54,300 nucleotides of DNA, taken from positions 3,460,927-3,515,226 of the forward strand of contig MU053513.1 of NCBI GenBank assembly GCA_013239625.1, given 5' to 3'. How positions within the stretch are numbered: position 1 is the stretch's first letter; each line of letters opens with the position of its first letter. Of this stretch, positions 12,991 to 26,109 are shown piece after piece. The notes beneath the pieces were generated by a model. That model saw only the letters and a list, made by a program, of their open reading frames with translations, was not told where the DNA came from and ran no database searches. Source of the stretch: Lama guanicoe. Lineage: Eukaryota. Made by a program: the position numbers and the translations under genes.

Positions 12991-15429
12991 AGCTAGATGG
13001 CTATTTGGCAAAAACTCCGCTTCATCTCCTGTTTATCCTGTCACTACTTCTGATCATTTGTGTCCTTCAGAAGAGTTGGTGAGAAACTGTATATTGAAGG
13101 TTAAGCTTTAAGTTTATTTTGGAAAAAAAAAAGTTTTTTGGGGTACCAGTTCCCTAAAGAGGTTTCAATGGGAATAATTAAAAAAATAGAAGTAATACAG
13201 TCTTCATTGATAATAAAGTCTTGAGCTTTAGTGAAAGACTCTTGGAGCTTTCAAACTGTACATTAGAGTTTCTATTTAAACTGATTTTCTGCTGTAGTCA
13301 CAACAGTTATTTTGCCGATTTCCATGTGAAGGCTTCCTGTATGGAGAAAAAGTACAAAACAGAATTTACTGCTTTCCCACAATGTCAATTTCTTAGGCAC
13401 CAATCCATAAATTAGCATTATTAGTGGGGAAGGACACCCTGCGTCCAGGTACATAGACTATAACTATATGCTGAAAAGACTGTGCTCATTACTGCAACTA
13501 TGAGGTAGCTGTAGCTACACATTAATAAGTTATGAGCTACTATTTCAGAGAAATTGCTCTACCAATAATGAGTAGCCTATGTTCTGTTTTTCTTCTCCCT
13601 CGGATATCTGTATGGAATAAAATTAATTCAGAAAACAACAATCTCAGAGAAGTGGGAAAGCTTAAGTTATCTCATAACTGGTCTTTGCTCCCCTTCCCCA
13701 ACCTAACTGAACAGCATTTAGAATTATTTTAGCATATTAGTTGCTCTTTCAGACCTTAAATCTTAAGCATTTGTTTTATTTCACACGTCCCTTCAAGGTC
13801 ACCTCCCACTGTCTTTTCTGTTAGCAACTGGTATAAGTGATACCACACTATTTCAGTTTTCTGCCTTTTTACTCGTTTGTCATTTACTCTGAAGGTTCCT
13901 CCCCCTGCCCCTCCCCTGGTTGTTTTTTTTTTTGCCATCCAACAACATGAAAGCTGGCTACTCTATAGGAATTCTGCATTCTTCTTAGGATTTTTGGAAT
14001 ACACAATTCTTCAGAAACCCCCAGGTACCCTAAGAAAATCTTTCTTCAAATCTCACCTATTCTTTTTAACAAATATATCATTGCTTATCTACTGTAACAT
14101 AATTAGAATATTGCTGCTTGGTTACTGTCAGATATTTCTGCTTAGCAAATTACAAGGAAGATTCTAATGCCGGGACAGGACGTACATCCGCTGGGGAACT
14201 TCTGGGGTTACTACATATGAGGTAGAGCTGTGCTTAAGAAGGTAGCACATTTTTCTTTCCACATTTTGCTTTGGAAAAAAGTGCAGCATCCTGAAGAAAC
14301 CAGGGATACCTGAATACCTGTAGAAGTTGTATGACTCTGTCTAAATTTATCTACTTCCAAGATCATATAATCGTTAAGCTTAGGTGTCTAAAAGAGACCA
14401 TGGAAACTGAGTATCCACCTTTGCATCCACTCAGCATTCCCATCCAGTACTTGACCAGTGAAAGCTGTTTGATATTTGTTACTTTCCGAAGATGTAAGGA
14501 CCATTTCTTAAAGTCTGTGCTAAAATCTGTTATTGACTGTAGTCAAAGAAATGCACTGTCCAGCTTTTTGGATTAAATAATTTCTGCTGTATTCTGCATT
14601 GTATCAAACTAACTTCATAACAGTTTATACCTCATTTGTACATATATACTTGTTTCAGTTATTTAAAAAACCAGTTATATTTTCACAAAGGTTTTAATAA
14701 AAGTTTGTCAAAGATGATACAAATATTTACTTTTCAGCCAGATGATTTATTTTCATGCCAGTATTGGAACTTTGGGATAGGACTATTCTGCATGACTGTA
14801 TAAAATTACAGTAAGAAAGACAACACATATTCTGCTTTAACTGTAGCTGGAATTGACCTTTTTAATAGACTCAGTTTCAGACCTTTGAAAAATAAAGGCA
14901 TTTTTTGTCACTAATTTGATTCTATCAAAATGATTTCTGCATTTCATAGAAGAACTTTTGTTGTTACAAGTAGACTGAAGTGACTTATGTGTACTTGGAT
15001 CATAATATAACAGTGCTGGGGTAAGTTTCTGCCCCTTTTAACTTTATATGAGCTAGTGCTTTAATTATCAGGCACTAAGTCTCAGTAACTTGTGGTGCTG
15101 TGGCATTCTGTTTTCTCCCAGATCTCACAGGCCTCAAACACTGATTTCAGAAGTACCTCATTACTGCATAATGTTTCTGGTTCATTGTCACCAACAGGTA
15201 GCTGGCAGTGGAATGTATGCTATTTAAAGACAGCGATGTTTTTCTTTCTCTTTTTTACATTTGAATAATGCATTCGTGTGAAAAATAGCACTTTCAATAT
15301 GAAGTTTTGGAAGCCAAATTGAATTGCAGGAAACTTCAGAAGTTTGCGTCTCAAATACTACTTACTACTTATAAAGCTCTATCCATGTCAGGTAGGGGGA
15401 GCGTCTCACATGTAAATGGTAGCTCTCCA

Positions 15430-15616
15430 GTGTCAGGCACTTTGGATAAACTGTATTCCTTAATTCTCATAATTTTTCCTGGAAGTAGGAATGATTACCC
15501 TCATTTTTCAGAGAAGGAAATTGAGAGTCAAAGAAGTGAAGTGATTTGCAAAATTAGTAAGTGCAGAGCTAGGACTTGAACCTGGGTCTGACACCGAAGA
15601 CTATCTACCTTTCCAC
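15430..15616 (-). mobile_element. MIR SINE
   Basis: tgtcaggcact...cctcatttttcagagaaggaaattgag...gcagagctaggacttgaacctgggtctgac. Confidence 0.85.
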
Positions 15617-17041
15617 TCGACTGCCTGGAGTGAAGGAGAAGGAAGTATGTGTAGGGAAGTGGAAACGGATGTGACCATCTGGAAGGGTAGTTCTGCCAAG
15701 TGCTAATATGAAAAGTGCTGGACTGGGTTACAACAAACATCAACATAAAGTTGAATCCCTTTACTGAATGATCCTACTCTCCTAGAACATTCTGTTACAC
15801 ATTTTAATTCTGAGTTTTGTTCCTGTACATGAGGGTATGGCATTGGCCATAATTACTGCTGCTGTAACTTTGTACATTAATGACAATTTTGTAAGGCTAG
15901 GTGAATTTTCCTATTTAGCAAAGAGCTTGATTGTTCTCTCTAGACTTCCCTTAATCTCCTGCTGAGATCTTGTTAAACATTTTGAGGATGAACTAATCAA
16001 TGTTTTGCATCTTTTCAATAATGTGAATGCTTTTTTTCCAGCATAATTTAATGTGAGATTATTCAGATGGAAATAGATGGAAAGACTCCCTCACCAGTCG
16101 TGGGCTCTGAAAATGGGCCGACTCAGTGACGCTGATGGTGGCAACCTCATTAAGGTTTAACCTGAGGTGGAAACTTCAGGTAAACGTTTGTGAATGGGTA
16201 ACAATTTATAAATACTTTTTGATCATTTATCCTTTCATTCTCCAGGTCACTTGCAGATACTGACATTCCTGCTGGGGGCATGATAAGAGGAAGGTGGTCC
16301 ATTCACAAAATCCTTGTAGCTAAACTGATAAGCTTTCGATAGTGCTAATTGATGCCTTTAACTGATGCTTGAAAATCAAATTTGCTCTTCCCCTCTCCTC
16401 ATGGATCACTTCAGCATAAAATCAGAATGCTCAATTTGAAACTAATTCTCCCAAAGGGAGAAACAGCTCTACTTTTCCTGTGGAAGCCATCAGTACTGCT
16501 TCTTTGGGTTTATTGTCAGGTTACGGTGCTTTTCATGTCATTACTGGGTCAAGATCATTCATTGGCATCTTACAATTTGTAACAAAAAACCAGAGTGTAT
16601 TTGGACAATATTCTGATATATGAGGCGAAATTATGTTTTCATGACTTTGATGGCAAGACTCTTTTAATATAATTTCACACCATTTAAATATGTAGAGTCA
16701 CGGGAAATAAACCAGTCTTTTTTTCTATATGCTACAGGGTACAGATTTAAAGTTCTAGCAGCATAATTCAGATTCTTGCCTTATGTTCTCCATTACTAAT
16801 CTGAATGTTTTCTAGTCAAACTTTTTGAAGACAGTTCTTATGATTTGGTTTGAAGCAGAGTTGAACATCGTAAACTGTTTGTGTGATCTTCAGACACCTT
16901 TATGAAAACTGAAACAGTCAAATGCCACCATATATAATGTAATGGAGCAGTTGTGCTATTTTCAGTTATTCTGTGGTTTAGGATGATGAGTTCACATAAA
17001 TATAACCATTTCCCTTACATTTGATACCAAGACTGTGGTGC

Positions 17042-17098
17042 TGGCTTGTCTTACAGAGGAGACTTTAAAATTCCTTCAGAATAAAAGCATATTCTAAA
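17042..17098. repeat. (CA)n(TA)n microsatellite
   Basis: Read directly from the sequence. Confidence 0.9.
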
Positions 17099-17102
17099 TT
17101 AT

Positions 17103-17133
<31 letters not shown>

Positions 17134-17621
17134 AATATAAATATATACAGATATATGTAGTTTATCTTATGGTATTGGTTCTGTTATTCTTAACTAATCC
17201 TTTTTGGCCATTATTTAAAATATTATAGAAAAATATTTTTTTTCAAATAGTATTAAAGATAGTATCTGAACTGGGGTGATAAGGTATAAAATTTCAAGAT
17301 TTTGGATTTCAGAGTAGATACAACAGATAAACCACTTCTTTTACAGAAGGGTTTCTGAATAAGGCCCCTTCTTGTTCTGGTGTGCCATTAAAGTTACAAA
17401 TGAGTATTTTAAAAAGACTGATTTACACTTATCATCTTATCCTTTTGTTCAGTGTTAGTGAGTTGATAAGACAGTTGGTCCTAAACTGTTAACCTCAGCA
17501 ATTGCTTAACTCTGTTTTTGTGGGAGATGTAAAACTATCCCTGAGATTTTACTGTGAAACTCTACTTACATCCAGAATCCTTTATTTTCCTACCAAAGCA
17601 AGGATTCTTTTCTTTGCACAC

Positions 17622-18305
17622 TTTTTTCTTCCAGTTTTATTGAGATAAAATTGATATGCAGTGCTATATAAATTTAAGGTGTACAGCATAATGATTTGAC
17701 TTACATACATCATGAAGTGATGACCATAGTAAGTTTAGTGAACATTCGTCATCTCATATAGATACAAAATAAAAGGAAAAGAAAAATAAATTTTTCCCTG
17801 TGATGAGAACTCTTAGGATTTACTCTCTTAACTTTCATACATAACAGATAGCAGTGTTACATTATTATTGACTATTTTCCCATGCTGTACATTTCATCCC
17901 CATAACTCATTTATTTTGTATCTTGAAGTTTGTGCCTCTTAATCTCCCTCATCTATTTTACTCATACCTGTATTCCTGCCCCTCTCGCAGTTACCTGTTT
18001 GTTCTCTGCATCTATGACTCTGTTTCTGTTTTTTTTATATTTGTTCATTTTTTGTTTTTGTTTTAGATTCCACATGAGTGAAATCATATGGTATTTGTCT
18101 TTCTCTGACTTATTTTGCTTAGCATAACACTTCTAGGTCCATCCATGTTGTCACAAATGGCAAGATTTCATTCTTTTTTATGGCTGTGTAATGTTCCATT
18201 GTGTGTATACGGGTGTGTGTGACTGTAGGTATGTATGCCATCTCTTTACTCTTCCATCAGTGGGCACTTAAGTTACTTCTGCATCTTGGCTATTGTGAAT
18301 AATAC
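17622..18305 (-). mobile_element. 5'-truncated L1 3' end (artiodactyl/L1MA-type)
   Basis: ccagttttattgagataaaattg...gtgtacagcataatgatttgacttacatac...tagattccacatgagtgaaatcatatggtatttgtc...cttggctattgtgaataat. Confidence 0.9.
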
Positions 18306-19384
18306 AGTTTACTTACTTTTATATAATATTCTTGTTTAAAATTATACTGTATTAAACTGAACTGTACTATCTTAATGATATTAAGATATGTGTAATCTAC
18401 GTTTAAAATTCCCCAGAATCTAATTATTATCTATCAAAGAGAGAAAAATAAATAAAAATTTCAGTAATTGAAAGGAACTCTAGATACTCTCAAAACAGAC
18501 AAAAGTTTTGAAATATAATATACAAATATATCTTGAAAAACTTCACAGTATTCTCCTGTGAACTATTTCCTGAGTTGTTTCACATAGTGAAGCTTACTAT
18601 GATGTTATGATGGCTAGAACAAAGCATAATAGTAAAAAAAAAAAATCATGGCTAAGAATAGTGATGTCATTGATCTGATAAAGAAACTGTGGCAGAATAC
18701 AGATCCTGAGTTGGCTGAAGGTAAAGATTAAGGGAAATTTTCATAAGAAATAGAAAGACAACAGATACATTATTATCTTAGCAATTACTTTTAAATTCTG
18801 TCTCATAAAAATAAATAAAATATGCAAAAGTCATGATATAATTTTTGGAATTATTTCTAAAAAGTGAAAAATGTTTAGGAATTGAAATTTTCTATAGACG
18901 AGTAGTGATAGGGGTAAGGCAAAGGAGAAAGGAAATATGAATAATAAAAATAGTTATATTAGACTCTAATATTTCCCATCTACAATGAGGATGTTTATCA
19001 AAATTTTACTGAAAAATCCTAAAATTGTGTTTGTTATAATGAAAAGTATTACATTAATGTGGAAGTAACCTGTATATCCAAATAAAATTTTCTCATTTCC
19101 TGTATTCCAATGCAAATCAGATTATAGCCATCACTTCATGGTAAATTACAGCAATAATAAGCGAAACATTTTAAATAACCATAGTATGACAGTAAGTGAC
19201 AACCTCAAACATTTTTGTTCACCAATTTGTTGAGAATGTCAAATCTTATTCTGTATACAGTAGAGACAGGATCATCAAGAAACTGGAGGGATTTTGTGAT
19301 ATAAAATAAATTTTAAAGCATTTGATTTTGTTTTTAATTTTATTCAGCCAAGATCATAAGATTCTTCCAATGCTTCATAAATGA

Positions 19385-19610
19385 TAAATTCATTAAATAT
19401 TTACTGATCATTTATAACATTGGAATATTGAGCCCTACAGCATTGGATGTTATAGGTGCTGGAGATAGATAGTGAAAAATACCAAGGTCACTATCCTCAA
19501 AGTATTTACATTCCCTGGGAGACGAAAGATAATAAAAAGAAACAACAAACGCATGTAAAGAATACCAATTTGCATTAAATACTACAGAGAAAAATATTAA
19601 GCAGGGTAAG
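19385..19610 (-). mobile_element. L2 3' fragment
   Basis: ttcattaaatatttactga...aggtgctggagatagatagtgaa...tcctcaaagtatttacattcc. Confidence 0.65.
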
Positions 19611-20311
19611 AGTAATTTTTTTAGTTTGAATAAATTACCCTAGCATAGCTTCATTGTAATAAAATATTTCTATTCTTGTCCTTCCTATTGTCAAGAAATT
19701 TACTAATAATAAACTCTGAGAGTATAGTGAGACTCCATGTCTAATTACACATAATTGATTTCTCCACTTTTTCACATTTTACAAAGAGCAGATTATGATT
19801 CTAGTAAATTTGGATCATGCACAGAAAAGATTTCAGATAGAAGTGGTCCATGGAAATAGCCACTGACATCTTGTATGCGGCCAGAAGCCACAACCAAAGA
19901 GCTAGCAGAGTGTTGATTAGCCCATGGGTAGGTGTATGGGAGTCTTGGAGCAAAATGGTTTTAATCAGAGCTGATTTTTAACCCTATTAGAATTTTTACA
20001 GTAGGCATTGCTAAATAGGATTGAGTACTTAATTTATTATCAACTTGGTTTAGGTTTTGGTTACTGAAAGCATACATCTGAAATGTAACTCAATTAGGAA
20101 CGTGAGTAAGATTTGTCAATGTAGTAGGTGATTTATAGTGAGCACAAATACTTTTTGAGGGACTAGGCTGTTTTGAGAAACTGAGCAGAAACTGAGGCTA
20201 CTTCCATCCCTGGGTGCATTTGCTCAGTCTTGGGGCACAGGAAGGTAGAGGACCAACATAGGCAAAACTTTGTTGGACAAATAAAAACATGCCAAAAATG
20301 TAAAAGCTTTT

Positions 20312-21290
20312 GTAAAACAGTCTTTTTCAAGATTTAATTCACATATCATATCATTACCCATTGGAAGTATCCAATTCAATTTTTTTTTTTTAGTATATTC
20401 GCAAGACGGTGCAACCATCATCAAAAACCAACATTAGGATATTTTGTCCCCCATTAAAGAAACTCCAATCCCATTAGCAGTCACTCCTCATTCTTCCAAA
20501 ATCCTCAAATCCTAGGCAACTGCTTATTTACTTTCTATCTCTATGGATTTGCCTATTCTGGACGTTTTATAAATATTTGTTATGGCTAAATAAAATTCCG
20601 TTGTCTGGAAATATGCCACCTTTTATTTATCCATTCAATAATTGATGCACATTTGTGTGGTTTCCACTCTTTGGCTATTATGAATAATGTTTCTATAAAC
20701 ACATGTGTACAAGTTTTTCTGTGGACATGTATTTTCAGTTTTCTTGGGAATATACCTAGGAGTAGAATTGCTGAGTCAAGAGAGTAACTCAGGATTCACC
20801 TTCTTGAGAAACTGTCAAACTGTTTTCCAAAACGGCTGTACCATTTTGTATTCCTGTAGGCAAATTGTGAGGGTTCCAATTTTTCCATATTCTCACCAAC
20901 ACTGTCTTTTTTGTTATAGCAGTCCCAGTGGATGTGAGGTGGTATCTCATTGTGGTTTTGATTTGCATTTCCCTGGTGATTAATGATGTTGAACCACTTT
21001 CAATGTGCTCATTGGCCATATGCCTATTTTCTTTGGAGAAATCTCTCTTTACATCTTTGTCCATTTTTAAATTGGGCTATTTGTCTTTTCATCATAAAGT
21101 TATCGAATTTTTTATATATTCTAGATACAGGTCCTTTATCAGATGTATAATTTGCAAATATTTTCTCCCATTCTGTGGGTTGTCTCTTTACTTTCTTGGT
21201 TGTATCATTTGCAGCACAAAAAGTTTTAAAGTTTTTATGAAATCCAGTTTATCTAGTTTTTCTTTTTTCACTTGTTCTTTTGATGTCAAG
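20312..21290 (-). mobile_element. L1MB-type 3' fragment including ORF2 C-terminal sequence
   Basis: 3'UTR motifs (cccattagcagtcactcc, ctatggatttgcctattctggac). ORF 20789..21064 reads ...STSLITREMQIKTTMRYHLT, which is L1 ORF2. Confidence 0.9.
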
Positions 21291-21624
21291 TAATAAACAT
21301 CTGAATGTGTAGTCGATAGGCATCTGCTTTGTGCCGGGCACCATACAAAGTGCTAAGGATGAGTAAGTGAGTCTGGGGATTGTTAACTTCTCTGAAGTTA
21401 CATCATAAATCATATGAATAATTTAATTATATTTGAGAGGAGGTTTTATGGTAAAGGGCTAAATGTTCATAGAACTACTGTGATTTTAAGGGGCTTGATC
21501 AAGCCACTCAGAAGTAAGGATGGGAATGCAATGAGGCATTTTTAGGAGGGCTAGGAAAATTTCCTTCCCCTTCACTTAAAGAGGCTTTGTTTTGTCTTTG
21601 TTGTTGTTGCTGTTTGTTTCTTCG

Positions 21625-21824
21625 TTTTTTTTTTTTTTCTGGAATAAGTGAGGTTTTATTGAGGACATAGAGAGTTACTGCAAAGGAGATCAGTTCGACC
21701 TGAAAGTAGTTTCATTTATATGAATATTGTTGGAATAACTTTCCAGATTTAAGATGGAGTCTCTCCTGTCTGGGATGCCACGTCAGCAAACTGAAATTTC
21801 CTGACTTTCATGTCCCTGTAAATG
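21625..21824 (-). mobile_element. Polyadenylated LTR-like (U3-R) retrocopy
   Basis: Minus strand: TGAAAGTCAGG...GACAGGAGAGACTCCATCTT...TATAAAT...AATAAA, then 16 nt, then A14. Confidence 0.55.
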
Positions 21825-23769
21825 TTCTTTTGTTTGTTTGTTTGTTTTTAATGAGAACTTCTCTGAGATTGTGTGGAGGTGAGGTTTAACACTGGTCCTG
21901 GATGTGCCACTCAATCATTTAGGTGTCATGCACTTTACATAAATTAGTTCATTTAATTTTCATAAGATCCCAGTCCAATTCCCACCAACTCCTCCAATTC
22001 CTCACTCCCTAGAATATTTCCTCAACATCCCCCTGCTGTTTCAGTATATTCATATTCTGCCCATCACTTAACACCCTATCTCAGTTCTGCTTTCTTTTTC
22101 CCAACCGTTCATCATGATTTCCTATTACACTTGTTTGAGCCAATTACTACTGATTAAGAACTCTTTATTTACTACAATTTCTAATACTCTGAACAGTTCA
22201 GTTTGACACTTTAAGAACACTTATTTTTTCATGGGTTTTTGCTTGTCAGACTTTTCTTATCAATAGCTAATAGGCTTCTTGTGAGCAAATCAATGTTTGC
22301 ACATCTACCACGGTGCCTGAAATGTGGCAGATGGTTGATTAGCCCTTAGTGTTTATACACTGACTCCCTGATACCTTTGGGAATCTTGAGTCTCTGTCAT
22401 TGAGATTATGTGAATTTTGTTTCATAATAATCTATTTTGTGTTTTGTTGGTTTGGGTAGGGGGTGGCATGGAATGTGTGGCTGAGATCACTGAACTTTCC
22501 TTCCCTTTGCAGGAATTTGATTCCACATGAATGTGTTTTTCTCAGATCAGACAGTGTTGGTTTTATGACAGTGACTCAGTATTAAGGTCTCAGGGCCTAC
22601 ATCAAAATTTGTGTTACATTTTATCAAGTGATAAAAATTTTAGATAGTATGTTTCTAAAACCTCTCAGGTGTAAACTCTACAGTGGTCTTGCTATTGCGT
22701 GAACATTTTACTCAACTATCTTGCTGTTACTTCTAAAGAAGTAATAAAGATGAAAAATGTGAAGGAAACAGAAATTAGACTGGAAGGATATTTATTGTGC
22801 CAATTGTATATACATCTGTACCATAGCCTTTTTCAAATTGTCATCATTAGACTGGCTTTTTTTGGAGGGCAGGGACTATGCTTTATTTTGCTTCTGAACC
22901 TAGCACAATGCATGGCTCATAGATTCTCAATAAATGGCTGCTGAATTTACGTTTTTGGAGTGGGCTAATATATAATGAAGCTTTAATAATTTGGACTGAA
23001 AAAGTAGATTCTTAATGTTTGGCTCACTGACCAAAATTTATATATTAATAGATTCATTAATGACAATTAACACTCATATCATTTTTAATACTTGAAAAAA
23101 TGCTTTTCACTTCTACTGAATTCTTGAGCAAGTGGATGAGATCCAGTCTAACTGACCAGGACACTGGCACACACGATTTACATAATGTGTATGGGCTTGA
23201 TCACAGAGCTGGAAATTATGACTGGAGTGTGGCTTGGATTTCAGTCATTGTAGAAACATTTAAGCCTTCTTTTTCTTTCCTTGTCTTAAAAATTTATTTT
23301 CCTAGAGATGATATTCTGCCTCTGTCTCTTCGGTCTCTTCTTCACACTCAGATGAAACTTGTAGAATGTGAAAATTGCCCTGACAGAACACCAGAGAACT
23401 TTCTAGATATGAGATTCAGGAACTGGTGCTACATCACGGGGTAACACGAGAGGTAAAGCTATTGATTAGATAGAAAGTATGTGGAGTTAAACGATAGGTC
23501 ACCGTTTCCCACTCCTCGCGTCCCTGTACTCCTTCCACTTTAAGGAAAAACAGAAAAGCTTTTTCCTTAATTACACTTGCTCTTATCAAAGAAATAAATG
23601 TGTCACTTAACAAACACCTACGTGCTCCCTGTAGCATTCATATTCTGTCAACTCCGTGTTCCTCAGGATGACACTTTCCCCCCTTGCTTGGCATACTAAC
23701 ATGGCTTTTGGAAGAATTTATGGAAAACTCTATTTATATAAGATCATAGTTAGCAACAAGCTTGGTAAA

Positions 23770-24400
23770 TAAATCTAGGTCAAAGCCTGCCTCCACCTGT
23801 TAGTAGCTGAGGCAAAAATCACTGGTTTGCTCCTTTGGCCTCCATCTATCTCCTCTGCTCTCTAGCAGTCTCCCAGTGGCCACGTGACGCAATTCTGGTC
23901 AATGATAAATAAGCAAAAGCCTGCCGGGTGGGGCCCCTGCGGATGTGAGGGTGTTCAGCTAGCAGGACCCTTCTGTCTTTTCCCGCTTCTCTGTCTCTCT
24001 GCTTTCTGCCTGGAGTCCTGTGATGCTGGAAAGTGCAGGAGCTACCATGTAACTTAGAGGCACTAAGCACACAATGCACGGTGTTGCGGAAGGAGAAAGG
24101 GCCTTCCTGCCCTTGTCCTCGTAGCAGCTACAACACACCTGAGTTGCCTACCTCCAGCCTTCTTGTTTTTTTGTTGTTTGTTTTTAACAACAACCATTTC
24201 TCGCTTAAGCCACTGGGGCTGGTTATTCTGTTACAGTTGAACACATTTCTAACTCTGTGTCCTCAGTTTCCTCATTTATAACTTGGTGTTATTAAAGCCA
24301 CCTACTTCATAGGGTTGATGTGGGGATGAAGTGGGATGATGTGAGAGGAACAGCCAAGTGCCTGGCTCAGAGGAAACACTAAATGAGGGTTGGCTAACAT
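23770..24400 (+). mobile_element. MIR (~23770-23815 and ~24253-24400) interrupted by a MaLR LTR
   Basis: ggtcaaagcctgcctccacctgttagtagctg...[LTR]...ctctgtgtcctcagtttcctcatttataa...acctacttcatagggttgatgtgggga. Confidence 0.75.
23820..24253 (+). mobile_element. MaLR solo LTR (MLT1H/I/J-like)
   Basis: ggccacgtgacgcaattctggtcaatga...tgcctacctccagccttcttg...ttaagccactg...ttctgttacagttgaacacatttctaact. Confidence 0.8.
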
Positions 24401-24534
24401 CATATTCCAACTTGAACATTTTCTTCATTATATTTAGTGTTAAAAATTTACGTCGTAACATGGATCATATGCTACTCAGTGCAACTATAACATGATCTCT
24501 CTCTCTCATTCCCCAAGATTCTTTTTGGCATATT

Positions 24535-25062
24535 AAAGGACAGTTTTGTTGAGTTTTATTGGCTTCAGTGAACTGTATGTATTTAAAATGATCAGTCTGG
24601 TAACTTTTGACATACGTAGTACCTGTGGAACCGATATAAGACACAGAAGTAGAAGAGAATAGAGCGTAATTAATTCTGCCTGGAGGAAGAGGGCTCAGAA
24701 AAACATTCAGACCATCACGGTAATGAAAATATCCGTCGCCCGCAATGACTTCTTCATGTCCCTTTGTCCTCCCTCCGGTCCATCACTTCCCACCCTCCTC
24801 TCCCCACAGACCACCACCTATTTTCAGTTTTTAGAGCTTCATATGAATGGGACCAGACAGTGTGTCTTCTTTTTTTTGAGGCGGAATGAGTCTAGCTTCT
24901 TTCACTCAACATAATGATTTAGAGATTCATCCATGTTTTTGCATGTTTGACCACATTTCTTTTTATTGTTGAAATAGTATTTTTTTATGGTATACATATA
25001 CAAACATTTGTTTTCACCTATTGATGAGGAATTTTGAGTATTTTCAATTATTTTAAATTAAC
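24535..25062 (-). mobile_element. Old L1 3' fragment carrying a ~70-bp internal insertion
   Basis: cagttttgttgag...ttttgacatacgta...ttttagagcttcatatgaatggga...ttctttcactcaacataatgatttagagattcatccatg. Confidence 0.8.
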
Positions 25063-25369
25063 ACATTAGGTATCTCTCTCCTAGAATATTTTGTTCTAAG
25101 CCTAAAGGAGCATTTCTCATAGTATGTTAATCTAAGTTGTTTTCATACGTCCTCCATTAGACTATGTGCTTACCCATCAAAATAGAGGAACTGAGTCTTA
25201 TTCATCCTTGCTCTCCCAGCCCCTAGCATAGTCTTGTAGCTTCAAACTGGTATTCCAAGTAAACGGCCCTCTTAGGTGAAGCCAAATCTTTTCTCTTCTT
25301 CCTTTACTGTCTCCATCATCACCACTTACTGGTTCATTCAAGTCAGAAACTTAAGACATGTTTGCTGCT

Positions 25370-26085
25370 TTTTGAAAATCTAATTTGTTTAGACACAATT
25401 CATAAACAATAAACCTCACACATTCTAAGTGTACAGATCAACGACTTTGAAAAATGTTTAGACCTGTATAACCACCAAGCCAACTAAGATACAGAACTTT
25501 TTAATCTCCCTCAAAAATTTACTCATGTACCTTGACAGTTTCAGACTGTCAGTCTTTTGCAACCCTCTATCCCAGGCAACTACTAATCTGATTTCAATGT
25601 AAAGTGGTTTGTCTTATTTAAACTTTCATAATAATTAAATTATTCAATATGTACAGTTGGTTTCCAGTTTGTTTCAGTTGGTATAATATCCGTGAGGTTC
25701 AACCATGTTTCATTGATCTATTTTTTTAATTGGGGGTATTAGTCAATTTACATTTAGTGTAATCATTGAAATATTTGAATTTAAGTGTACTGTTTACTTT
25801 TTTAATCTATTTTGTCCTTTCTGTTTTTTCCTCTGTTACTCATTTGTTGACTTCTTTTGGGTTGACTGAATATTTTTGTGTTTGTGTGTGTTTCATTTTA
25901 TTTCCTCTATTGGCTTCTAAGCTATATCTTTTATTATGATTATTTTTCAGTGGTTGCTCTAGGGCTTAAAGATATCTATCCTTAACATAGTATAGCCTAT
26001 TTTAAAGTGATATTCTACCTTTTTATGTTCCTACTTTTCACACATTCCACTTCTCATTTCACAAATATAATAATGTTAATTAGTA
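25370..26085 (-). mobile_element. Old L1 (L1MD/ME-like) fragments
   Basis: 3'UTR motifs (aagtgtacagatcaacga, cccaggcaactactaatctgatttc) joined at ~25720 to sequence resembling the ORF2 start and inter-ORF region (tttagtcaatttacatttagtgtaatcattga). Confidence 0.65.
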
Positions 26086-26109
26086 GTATTCCATATACAC
26101 CCTTTCCCA

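Noticed and set aside
13501..14226. Two TGAGGTAG octamers (let-7 5' end) at 13501 and 14218
   Set aside because: Downstream bases do not match let-7 and I see no pre-miRNA hairpin.
15122..16292. Exon-like segments as a protein-coding gene
   Set aside because: They do not join into an open frame, 16042-16179 has stops in all frames, and no peptide is recognisable.
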